Source: Azolla caroliniana (lineage: Eukaryota > Plantae > Polypodiophyta). Taken from it: 64,000 bases of DNA. Positions 35,709 to 47,845 of the stretch are shown one piece after another. The notes under the pieces are model-generated. The model saw nothing but the letters and a program-made list of their open reading frames with translations. It had not been told where the DNA came from and made no database searches. The stretch spans positions 4,402,001 through 4,466,000 of the forward strand of contig JBHGNT010000022.1 of assembly GCA_043228905.1 (NCBI GenBank), read 5' to 3'. Made by a program: the position numbers and the translations under genes. Numbering within the stretch: position 1 is the first letter of the stretch; each line of letters starts with the position of its first letter.

Positions 35709-38700
35709 CAAGAAAGTAGAGCGCGTGGATTGCAAGGAGAAGCAACATGTGTCACACCTAGTGGTGCATGTAAACTAGTACTACCCAACAAAAAGGACAA
35801 GCGTCGGATACAACACTTCGAGAAGATGCTTAAAGAAGAAAACATAATAGAAGAAGAAGAATTCGTGACTTATATTATGGAAGAAGCCTCATTTAACGAC
35901 ACCATCGGCGAAATCGAGGAAGTCGTGGACTTGAGCTATCTTCACAATCAACACGTGATTTTGGTTAACTCTATCAACATGTACGCTATCATTGATGAAT
36001 ACCATCAAGGCATCTTGATGGAGGAAGCTGGAGTCAACACAAAATATAAAATGGTGCACAAGAAGATCAAACCAATTGCGGTTCTGCTACAGAAAGATAG
36101 CTGGCAAAAGCTGAAGGAAGTTGCAAAAGATCCAGGTTTAAGGAATCCAAAGACAATTGGTCATGTCTTCATTGACAAGACGAAAGGGAAGTTACGAGTT
36201 GGAAGGGAGTATTTTCTCCTCACTTAAGAGGAGCGAATGTTCCGCAGAATGCTTGAAAGACACGAGAAGGCTTTCACATTTATTCCATAGGAAATCAGAT
36301 GTGTTGATCCAAAGACAGTAGAACCGATGGTGATCTTCACGGTGCCACATGTGCCTTGGAATTTGAAATCGATACCGGTTTCGAAAGCACACCTACCGAA
36401 GTTGATTGAGTTGTTAAAGGAGAAGGTGAATATGGGAATTCTGGAATCGTCGAACGCTCCTTATTCTAATAGGTGGTTCATGGTGCCAAAGAAGAATGGA
36501 TCATTGCGATTCATCGAAGATCTTGAACCCGTCAACAAGGTGACAATTCGGAATGCCGGAATTGGTCCGAGTGTGGATGAATTTGCTGAAGCGTTTGGGG
36601 GCCGGTCCATCTACTCCATTCGTGATCTCTATTGTGGATACAATCAATTCCAGTTGGCGATCGACAGTTGTGACATTACAACCATGAGGACTCCGATCGG
36701 GATTGTACGAATGTGTACCTTACCTAAAGGTGCAATGAACTCGGTGGCTCATATAATGAATGCCATGAACAAGGTCTTGAAGGATTGCATCTCGGGCATC
36801 ACAATGTCATTCTTAGATGATATTCCGATAAAAGGATGTTCGGATGAGGAGAAGGATGAATCTAAAGATAAGGAAGGGTGTAGAAAGTTCGTCGTGGATC
36901 ATATGAAAGATTGCGAGAAGGTGCTCCAAAGGCTCGAAGATGCGAATTTGACATTTTCGGGAGAAAAATCCGCATTCGCGCAACCGGAGATCTTGGTGAT
37001 AGGTCACTTGTGTGGAGCATACGATCGGAAGTCTTCACCTTCCAAGCTGAATGCGATCCATGACATGAAAGAAGAATGTGTAACCTAAACAGAGGTTCGA
37101 AGGTTTCCTGGAGCATGCACGTTTTATCATATCTGGATACCGCACTATGCTCATGTCGCGGAGTCATTATATGGATTGTTAAAGAAACGAATGAAGTTCG
37201 AATGGCGAGACGGGCATAAAAACACAATGTGAAGATTGAAGAAACTACTTCTTGAAGCTCGAGCACTAAGAAAGGCCGACTATACCGAAGGGAAGCCGAT
37301 TTATGTGACTGTAGATACAAGCCCAACCGGAATCCGGTGGGTCATCAACCAAGAAGGAGAAGATGATGCGCGGTATGCCATCCGGTTCGGAGCAAAGGTT
37401 CTCAACGAATGACAACAAGGATACACCCAAGTCAAGCAGGGACTTTGGGGTATTGTGTCTGCAGTGAAGATGGATAAAGACTACCTGATCGGGTCGGAAG
37501 TGATAATCGAGACAGATTGTCTCCCAATCCTTGGGATGATCTCAAGATGTGCGACACCAGATCTAACAATGCTAAGGTGGATTGTCTATATCAAGTCTTT
37601 AAACCCAAAGATCCGCCACATTGCAGGAAAGAAGAACGCCATGGATGACATGCTGTCGAGGGCAAGATTTGAGAATGAAAGTGACTTGGTTTGGGAAGAT
37701 GAAGACGTCACCCTCTACTTCTTCAAGATGGCTCTACTATCACCGGAAGACAAGGGTTGCTAACCCTCTATGCCTTCAACGAGAACGAGTACGAAGGAGA
37801 GTGGTTACTAATCGGCAGATTCTTAAGAACAATGATGGCAGACGCTTCGTTGACGAAGGAGGAGGCTCTACGAATCCAGAAGAAAACTTATCAATACTTC
37901 CTGAAGGGAGGATACCTCTGGCGACACCCAAAGAGAAGGATAGGAATGCCACGTCGAGTGGTGGTGAAGAAAGAAGAGCAAGTGATGCTGATGAAGGAAT
38001 TCCACGAGAGTCTTTGGCCAGGTCATAGAGGAACATGGGCGACGTTCCAAAAATTGAAGGAGAAGTACTAGTGGCCAAGCATGTACAAAGATGTCCTCCA
38101 TTTCGTGTCCACATGCGAAACTTTCCAAGTACATTCTAACATACGTCATTGTGATGAATTACGGTCGACATACCCACTCACCATACACTTCAAATGGATG
38201 GTGGATCTGGTCTCCATGCCAATGGGAGTGGGGCAAATGAACTACTTAGTACTGGCAAGAGAAGATTTGACAAATCAAGTGGAAGGACGGGCCTTGGCAA
38301 ATAAGATGACGTCAACTGTTTGGAAATTTCTACTCGAAGAGGTTGTCTACCGATACGGATGTGTGGGGAAGATAGTGGTCGACCGAGGGGAGTTGGATGC
38401 ACACGAAGCAACGAAGCTCTTCGAATGACTAGGTGTGAAGGTCTCCCTCATGATTGCCTACAATATAGAAGCGAATGGGAAGATCGAGCGAGGACATGGA
38501 CCAATCGTCAAAGCCATCGTACGAGCATGCAACGGTCGAGTCGGGAACTGGCCACGACTATTTCCCTATGCCTTGTGGGCCTATAGAACTACACACAGTT
38601 CAGTGACAGGCTATACGCCAATAGAGCTTATGTATGAACAAAAGCCAGTAATGCCCATCGAAAGGACGATCATCTAATGGGTAGCGATACCATGGGAGAA

Positions 38701-39010
38701 CGAGATGAGCCGAGAAGAATTATTAACGGCACGGATAAGGTAGCTTGAAAGAAGGCCTGAAGATTTAGAAAAAGCACGAAAGATGATGGAGGCAGCTTGA
38801 GTGAAGAACAAGATTCGGTTCGAAAAGACACATCGATTGCATCCCAAGAAGATCGAAGAAGGAGATTGGGTATTGGTCTACGACAACAACCTTGATAATC
38901 AACAAAGGACAACAAGAAAGTTCGCAAGAAGATGGTTCAGACCGTATGTGGTGACAAGTGCCAATGACAATGCCACATACCACCTTGCGGAGCTAGACGG
39001 ATCAGGACGA
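35652..39010 (+). pseudogene. pol (RT-RH-INT) of element I, multiple stops and frameshifts
   Basis: ORF fragments at 35730, 36327, 37455, 37757, 38081, 38435 and 38801 carry RT, RH and INT motifs. Confidence 0.9.
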
Positions 39011-42000
39011 CGTGCAGTTTGGTGGGTGTGGATGTCGTGAAGATTTTCGGCAATGGTGTAAAAATTGCGAGGAACATACAAAATCGAGTGTAGTTCTTCA
39101 CACACGATATGAAACAATAATAGTAAAGATACTATTTTAGATTAGTTTAATTTCTTGGTATGAAAATATGGATGTCATAAAGAGCTTCCGAATGCATTTT
39201 CTACATGTGAAACGAACAACTAAGTGTCAAGTTATGTGAGTGTGAAGTTTGAGAAGAAGAAGAGGAAAACAAAACTGTGAGATATCCCACATAGATATAG
39301 CAATATCAGGACTCCAGAGTACATAAGTAGAGCCATATCTCTTTTATATCTATGTGTTTAGAGTACATAAAGGTTGTGGGTTCTATAACTTAGAGGAATG
39401 GATGTGGCCAAGTTATTCAAATAGGCTTTTGGACGGATGGCACTGGGCAGACGGATGAGACCGGATCGGATCGGTCGGGACGAACGAACGAAAATTCATC
39501 GAGTCGGTCAGATAGGGTGATCACGATGCACGGTGTCTTGAAGATTTCTCAGTGTGAAACGAACAAAATCGTCTATAGGTTCCATCGGTTCATTGGAGGT
39601 CGACTGAAGGTGTAATATGCAGTTAAACATTTATAAATACAAGACTAAAGCCTTGTAAAATTTTGTGTTTATGGGGTGTAAGTAAGAATTTCAACATTGC
39701 ACCTCCAAGATAGGAGACAAATTACTTACCACTAAATCCACTATTCAGTGCTTTAGAATTTGTATATTTTCTTTTCATATTTAGTATTTTGTAGGAAGCA
39801 AACATATAGAAACCGTGGGCACAAAACCATGGTTTTAGCCCAAGGTTTTTAGCCCATGGTTTTAGCTCATGGTTTTAGCCCCTTCGTTTAGCCCATGGTT
39901 TTTGCATGGAGAAACCTATAAAAGCCTATAGTTGGGCTTGTGTAAGGGGGGATGGGATGTAAGTAAAAAAAGAAACTCTTAATCAAAGATTTGAGTTATC
40001 CTAATGGTGATGTATCTTGTCTCGTAAAACTAAAGTCAAGGGTTCAATCTCAATCTCTTTCTCTCTCTTCATCCATCTATCTATCTTCAATACTTTCTCG
40101 CTTACGCTACTAAAAACATTTAATCCTTCTGGTTCAGGACCCCGGCGTTTCCGCCTCACGATTCGCACGTAGTGAAGGATTTTTCACGACACCGGGCATT
40201 GTATCGGTTGACGGAGAAACCGATGTTGTACTTCACCTTGTACACCCATCTGCATCTGATTGACGTTACTCCCTTCAGAACGTCAACCAGATTCCATGTT
40301 TCGTTTTCCATGCATCTCTTCCTCAAAAGCGGCATGCCAATTTGCATCGTTTGCCACTTCTACATAGCTCTCTAGCTCACGGATTTCCGCCACCTTTGTC
40401 ATGTATACATAATGATGCACCATGTAGTCATTATATCCTTATCGAACTACAGGATATGTCTGGTGGAGAGATTGGCGCAATTTCTACTCTACCGATTTGA
40501 TGGTCCTCTTGGCCGACTCCGACCTCTTCTTTGGAGGTCCGTCTTCATGCTTTCGGGAGTTCGATTTGCTCCGATCCAACTCTTCCTTGTCTGTTCCATA
40601 CTCCGGCATCTTCATCTTTCCTTTCTCCTTGCGTGTAAGCTGTCTCCTCGGTTTCCGACGCGGGGACAACACGACCGAGTTTCCACTACTCGCAGGCTCA
40701 TCATCCCGTTGGTCTTTCCGACTCAACTCTTCATTCGGCCCGCTCAGCCGTAATGAGATCAGACTCTCTTCTAGAGCTCTGATTTCTTCTTCGTTCAGAG
40801 GCATTTTGGCCTCATTGACCTCATTCTCAGATATCAAAATGGAGTTGTCGGGGGTTAGAGACGAGGGCAAGTACCATGACGCCGACTCATCCAACACGAC
40901 ATCTCAACTCACCCGAACTTGTTTGGTTCGGGGGTTATAACATTTATAACCCTTCTGCTCATTTGAGTAGTTGATGAGAATGCACTTCTTGCCTTCTCCT
41001 TCGACACATGCACATAGGCAATGCTGCCGAACACCCTCAAGTGTCCCTATTAATAATTAGGTAATTAATTAGGGTTAATTGGTGACTAATTATGTGAGTA
41101 GTTAAGCAGCAAAAGATTATGTGATATGTGTGTGAGAGGAAGATACACTTACGAACAATAATGTAATTGGGGGATGATTAACAAGAGTGTAGCTAAAGAC
41201 CTTTCCTATATAGGAATTAGCATCATCAAAATAAAAAATACCCACAATGAGGTATATATACATCTCATGTGCAAAGGCGCACATGTGTGAGTAGAATATA
41301 GTTACAAACGTGTAAGTCCTATATTAAATGAACATGGGAGTGGAGGATCTACAATGTATCTCACTCAAGTACAAAATCCTATTTAAGGCTTTAAGGTCAA
41401 CATACTAACTAGATTCTATCTAGGTAACTACTAAGTTACGTGTGTTGATTAGCTAACTATCTCTAGTTGAGCTTGATATCTCAACACAGCCTCTCAAGGT
41501 CAAGTGTGAGGAGTCTAATGTTCGCTTTGGATTCCGTCGGCTTTGTCGGCTTCCGTATGGCCTTTGGCTTTCTTCGGCCTTTTCGAGGCAATCTCGGTTC
41601 CTCCCCCTCAAGTCGGTGACAAAGGCTTGTAGTGTGAAATGGGTGAAGGCCGACTGCTTCCATCCATCATGGGGCATGAGCCACTTTTGTAGAGCTCTCG
41701 GGCTATGGTTCGGCCACTACCTTCATCGGGAAGGCATAATGATGGGCCATATACTCGTTGTAGCCGAGCTGAGTGATCGGGTTCTTCTCTCGAGATGAGC
41801 ATCAAAGTTTTTCTCTCTCCGATGTGAGCGCCTTCTTTACTCTGGGTGTCCACATGATGGGTACACCAAACTCACTATCGTTGGGGTGGTTGACTTTGTA
41901 TTCAGGCATCTTCCCTTTGCCTCTGTCTGATTTTGGCCGTGACATGCTTTGGTTGTGTGAAGGCTCGGGTGGTCCACTTAGATCAATGGAGCTTGGATTG

Positions 42001-42962
42001 TCTTTTGGTGAAGGGCTTGGCCGAATATCGTCCTCCGAGGTGACATTCAATTCTTCCTCGGTCAAGTCGGATGGAGCCGAATCAGTCTTACACCAAGATG
42101 CCGAACTGCTCGGGTCAAAGGGTTGAAGCACTTGTATGCCTTCTTCTCGAATGAGTATCCTATGAGGATACATTTCTCCGACTTAGCGTCAGGCATTTGT
42201 TGGTTTTTGTTGGGGATGCGTACATTCGTAATGCTTCAGAACACCTTGAGGTACGAAAGGATCAACTTCCTTCCGAGAAGGAGCTCGTATGGAGTTAGCT
42301 CATGTACTCCATTAGTAGTGCATTGATTCATGAGATAGACAGACGTGGGTCCTGCTTCGGCCCAATAGAAGTTCGGCATGTGCTTCTCATGCATCATGGA
42401 GCGTGCTACCTCGAGTATGTGTGGATTCTTTCTTTCGGCTACTCCATTTTGTTGGGGTGTGTGTCAGCATAAGAATTCTCTCCGAAGGCCTTCACCTTGG
42501 AGGTAGGAGATGAATTCATCGGAGAAGTACTCCTTGCCTCCATTCGATCGTAGGCATCGAATGTGCTGTTTGGTTTCTTTTTCGACTTGGCTTTTGAGCT
42601 TTCGAAAGTGGGAGAGCACTTCACTCTTCTTCTTCATCGAGAAGATCCACGTGTAGCGGGAGTAGTTGTTGTTAGAAATTGGCTCTTTCGAAACCACTTT
42701 GATAAACACAGTGCTCGGCCACAACCGAGGAATAGGATCAACTCACAGAAAACAGGAAATACAAAATGCACGAAGACAATAGAGAGAAGAGTACACAGGA
42801 TGTTTTACGTGGAAAACCCTACATGGGAAAAACCACGGGAGTCCTCAAACTCCAAATATCACTATAAACAGAGATGTACAATGGTGAAGCTACAAGGCAA
42901 CAACCTTGAGCTCACTGTCTTCACCACAGGCGGCGGTAATACACAGAGGCAACGACCTCTTC

Positions 42963-42999
<37 letters not shown>

Positions 43000-43200
43000 C
43001 TGCTCTCTTCACTCTCTTGCACACATAAGAGTGGCAATGCACAATAATCAACAACTTTTCAGCAACCCTAAACAGTTTACCCTAAGTCATATTTATACAC
43101 ATATGACTTTCGGGCTATTTACAAATATAGCCTCGAGGGCCCTTGGCAAACATATTCACAAATATGTCCCCGCATCCGGATCTCTCTCCGGGTACATTCG

Positions 43201-43353
43201 TCATCCGGCTCCGTAGCCGGGGTCTTCATCATCCGGCTCCGTAGCCGGGGTCTTCATCATCCGGCTCCGTAGCCGGGGTCTTCATCATCCGGATCCGAAA
43301 CCGGGTCTTCATCATCCGGTTCCGATACCGGGTCTTCATCATCCGGGTCTTCA
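43201..43353. repeat. 27/28-bp tandem repeats in the U3 of O (also 48047-48171)
   Basis: tcatccggctccgtagccggggtcttca occurs three times in the left LTR and twice in the right LTR, followed by 27-bp variants. Confidence 0.95.
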
Positions 43354-43417
43354 TTCCCGATTCCCGGACATCCGGCCATCCCATCCGAAGGGACCGTAAT
43401 CCCAACAAACTCCCCCT

Positions 43418-46400
43418 TCACTTCGGCATGGGATGTCTTTCCAGTCCGACCCTCTTCCGGCACGCTTCCAACTTGTCGGGTGTGAGCACTTTGGTCAGCA
43501 TATCTGACCCGTTCTCGTCCGTGTGGATCTTCGTCAGCACGAACTCCTGGTCTTCTATCCTTTCCCGGATCCAGTGATATCTTCGTTGGATGTGCTTCGT
43601 CCGGGAGTGATAGGCCGCGTTCTTCGCAAGGTGGATGGCACTCTGACTGTCGCAGTAGAGTCGGTACTCCTCCTGCCGGATACCGAGCTCTCTAATGAAG
43701 TCCTTCATCCATATTATTTCCTTGCCGGCTTCAACAGACGCCATATACTCCGCCTCCGTAGTTGACAACGCAACCGTCTTCTGCAGCCTCGACTGCCACG
43801 AAACAGCTCCCCCTGCATACGTCATCACATACCCTGATGTGGACCGGCTGGTATCTGCATCAACCGACATATCCGAATCGGTAAAGCCGTCGAGTTCGGG
43901 CTTACCGGAGCCGAATCGGAGGCACACGTTTGCCGTGCCCTTCAGGTATCGGAGTATCCACTTGGCCGCGTTCTAGTGCTCTTTGCCGGGATTGCTCATG
44001 TACCGGCTCACCACTCCGACTGCATATCCTATGTCCGGTCTTGTACACACCATTGCGCACATCAAGCTTCCGACGGCAGAGGCATATGGTACTTTCATCA
44101 TGTCCTCCTTCTCAGCCTTTGTCTTGGGACTTTGCTTGCTGGACAACTTGCAGTTTGCCGGGAGGGTTGACCCGACCGGTTTTGCTTCGGACATGTTGAA
44201 CCGGTGAAGCACCTTTGTCACGTACTTCTCCTGTGACAGCCACAACTGCTTCTTCTTCCGGTCCCGGATGATGTGCATCCCTAGTATTTGTCTCCCCGGA
44301 CCCAGGTCCTTCATTGAGAAGGTTCGGTGAAGTGCTTTCTTCAGCATCCGTATCTTGACCTGGTCCCGTCCGACGATCAACATGTCGTCCACGTACAGGA
44401 GGAGTATTAGAAAGTCTCCTCCTTCGAACTTCTTCACAAACACGCAGTGATCGGACTGCGTTTTGTGGTACCCTTCGTCGGTCATGAAAGAGTCGAACTT
44501 CCGGTACCATTGCCGGGGAGCCTGCTTCAGTCCGTAAAGGCTCTTCTTCAACCGGCATACCAGGTGCTCCTTCCCTTTCTTCTCGAATCCTTCCGGTTGC
44601 TGCATGTAGATCTCTTCTTCGAGGTCACCGTGAAGGAATGCCGTCTTCACGTCCATCTGTTCTACCTCGAGGTCCATGTTTGCCGCTATGCTCAGCACCG
44701 TCCGGATGGAGGTCATCTTCACTACCGGGGCAAATATCTCGTCGAAGTCGACGCCCTTCTTCTGCTGGAACCCCTTTACCACGATCCTGGCTTTGTATCT
44801 CGGGGGGTTTCCGGCATCTCCCGGTTTCAGCTTGAACACCCACTTGTTTCGAAGTGCCCGCTTTCCTTTCGGCAACTCCACAAGTTCATATGTGTGGTTC
44901 TCATGCAGGGAATCCATCTCCTCCTGCATGGCACTTAACCACCTACGGCTATGGGTGTCAAGCTTTGCTTCTTCAAAACTCTCCGGCTCCCCCTCGTCGG
45001 TTAGCAACACGTGCTCTGGTTCCGGAAATCTCCGGGGGGCCCTTCTCTCTCTTAGAGGATATCTCCGTTCCGGAGCTTCGGTAACCGGCTCCTCCGTTTC
45101 CTCTTCATCCGAATCCATTTCGGGATCGAGGCCGGTTCCGGTATCAATTTCATCTTCCTCGGCCGGTTCTGTTTCTTCACCGTCTTCGGCCGGATCCTCG
45201 AGTGCTAACCGGTCCCTTGCCGGTCGGGACTGCTCCTCGTAGAGTTGATCCTCACCGGTCGACTTGGAGCTCTTCATCTTCTTCTCCGACTCCCAGTCGG
45301 TGAGTGTCTTGTCCTCCATGAAGATGATATCACGACTCCGGAATATCTTTTTGTCGACCGGGTCCCATACTCGGTAGCCGAACTCGTCATCGCCGTAACC
45401 GAGGAATATGCATGGCCGGGTCTTTGGATCTAGCTTTCCTCTCCGGTTCTTTGCCACATGCACATATGCGAGACACCCGAACACCTTCAGATGCCGGTAG
45501 GATACTTCCACACTCTCTGCGGCGTGTCTCCGTCCAAAGGTACTGAGGGTGATCTGTTTATCACGTATGTCGCCGTCAACATTGCCTCAGCCCAAAACCC
45601 CTTGGGTAATTTCGCATGCGCCAGCATACTCCGGACCCTCTCCATTATGGTCCGGTTCATCCTCTCGGCCAGCCCGTTCAGTTCCGGCGTCTTCGGCACA
45701 GTAAACTCGAGCCGGATTCCCTTCGAGCGACAGTACTCCTCGAACTGCCCCCGGTATTCCCCTCCGTTATCCGCTCGTATCGCTTTCAGCTTCTTGCCGG
45801 ATTCCCTTTCCACTCTCGCATGGAGTTCTTTGAAGACGCACAACACTTGGTCCTTTGTCTTCAACGGTGCCGTCCACAGCTTCCGGCTGTGGTCATCAAT
45901 GAATGTCACGGAGTACTGGGCTCCGCCATGTGACTTCGTTTCTACTTGACACACGTCAGTGTGCACCAACTCCAATGGTGCGCTACGTCTCGTCGGTGGC
46001 CTTGAGTGGAAGGAGGTCCGGTTTTGCTTTCCGGCCAGACAGTCGGTACACTTCCCCAAGTGTACGTGCTTTACCGGTATCAGGTTGTCTTCGGCAAGCC
46101 TCTTCATCCCCTTCTCGCTCATGTGGCACAGTCTCTTGTGCCACAGCTCACCGGCAGTGTCAGCTGCCACGTTCAGCTCCTCCGGACATAGCCGGGAATT
46201 CATCAGGTACAGTGTGTTGACCTTTCGGGCCCGAGCCACTATCAAGCTCCCTTTGCTAAACTTCATGACACCGTTCCGGATGCTACCCGTGTAGCCTTCA
46301 TCGTCTAGCCTCCCGGCCGAAATCAGGTTCAATCGAACCTCCGGAACGTGTCGGACATCCTTCAACAGCATCTTGCATCCGGTTGATGTCATCAGCCACA

Positions 46401-47480
46401 CGTCTCCTATGCCGGCAATCCGGCATGTACCTTCATTTCCCATCCGGACACAGCCGTGCTCACCGGCTGTGTAGGATGAGAAGTATTTCTTCTCCGGGGT
46501 CAGGTGGAACGACGCTCCGGAATCGACCACCCAGGTCATCTCTTCACCGGCAAGGTTCAGCTCCCTCTCTTCGGTAATGAGCATTATCTCTTCTTCACTT
46601 GCCGCGAGTGCCGTCGTTCCTTTCCGGTCCTGCCCTCGCCGATCCGGACCTCTCCGGTCCGTGGCTCCCCGGTATGCACCGTTTCGCTCCGGTGACTTCT
46701 TCGAATTGGTACCGTCGGTTCCGTTGTCTTTTCGGAAATGCCGACAGTTCTTCTGGAAGTGCCCCGGCTTCCCACAGTAGAAGCATGTAGGTCTTCCCCT
46801 CGACTGCGACCGTGTCCCCGACTTCTCCCGTCTTTGCGGACTCCGGTTCCGTTGTCTTCCCCGTTCCGATTCGGTAAGCAGCGCCTTTGAGTCGGAGGCC
46901 GGTTCTTTATCTCTCCGACGCGCTTCTTCATTTAGAATACTTGTCTTTACCGTTAGTAAAGACAAGTTCTCTTCCTTACAGGAGGTGCTGAGAGTAACTA
47001 CCAAGTTCTCCCAGCTCTCCGGAAGGGTACACATCAGCATGATGGCTTGCATTGCGTCATCCAACGGGAACTTGATCGCCGCAAGCTGGTTCACGAATCC
47101 CATGAACGTGCTGACGTGTTCGACCATGCTCTCGCCGTCCCGGTACTTAAGATTCACTATCTTCCTCATCAGGGAGGTCCGGGTCAGAGCATTCTTCCTC
47201 TCATACAGTCCGGACAGCTTCTGCCACATCTCATAGGCGTTCGTATCGTTCGCCACATGTTGCAGAACACTTACATCGACATATTGCCGGATCGTCGCTA
47301 CGGCTTTCCGGTTCAGGAGCTTCCACTCCGACTCTATTCCCCTTTGGGTATCTCGGCATTGTCGATCGGTTCGTACAGGTCTCGGACGATGAGAAGGTCT
47401 TCCATCTTTATCTTCCAGTCGGCGTAGTTCTGTGAGTTCAACACCATCATGCCCGGAGGCCCACTACCGCCGCCTTCCAT
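43418..47480 (-). pseudogene. gag-pol of O; frameshifts near 47340 and 45510 and a TGG>TAG stop at 43973
   Basis: ATG 47480 MEGGGSGPPGMMVLNSQNYADWK, then CFYCGKPGHFQKNC, WVVDSGAS, FIDDHSRK, LYVDDM, FTDSD and TKHIQRRYH. Confidence 0.93.
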
Positions 47481-47804
47481 TTTCTGTGTTACCGTTGCTC
47501 TGATACCACTTTGTTAGAAATTGGCTCTTTCGAAACCACTTTGATAAACACAGTGCTCGGCCACAACCGAGGAATAGGATCAACTCACAGAAAACAGGAA
47601 ATACAAAATGCACGAAGACAATAGAGAGAAGAGTACACAGGATGTTTTACGTGGAAAACCCTACATGGGAAAAACCACGGGAGTCCTCAAACTCCAAATA
47701 TCACTATAAACAGAGATGTACAATGGTGAAGCTACAAGGCAACAACCTTGAGCTCACTGTCTTCACCACAGGCGGCGGTAATACACAGAGGCAACGACCT
47801 CTTC

Positions 47805-47845
<41 letters not shown>

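Larger units (their letters stand above)
21891..40191 (+). mobile_element. Ty3/gypsy element I (non-chromovirus, possibly Phygy/Selgy-like), tRNA-Trp-primed, degenerate; host of J
   Basis: LTRs 21891-23081 and 39033-40191 (TGTCGTGA...TCACGACA), 4-bp TSD CCGG, PBS 23090-23107 and PPT-like ggtgggtgtgga. Domains are gag with CVWCDSMDHMRRDC, protease (LIDHG.EIN), RT (SNRWF..PKKNG, FLDD), RH and INT (GHRG, ANGKIERG), in gypsy order. Confidence 0.93.
15392..41047 (-). mobile_element. Ty1/copia element F, 5'-truncated, in three pieces (15392-16810, ~21261-21890, 40192-41047); host of G/H and I/J
   Basis: 3' LTR 15392-15788 and PPT ctccccct, then RNase H, RT and integrase C-terminus on the minus strand. 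The RT motif RYNARLV is rejoined across element I (cactaa-ccgg | ccgg-gcattgtatcgg). Confidence 0.88.

Noticed and set aside
43201-43353. Regular 27/28-bp repeats (and the 25-bp and 13-bp arrays) as a CRISPR-like array
   Set aside because: They are head-to-tail tandem repeats without unique spacers, inside eukaryotic LTRs, and there are no cas genes.
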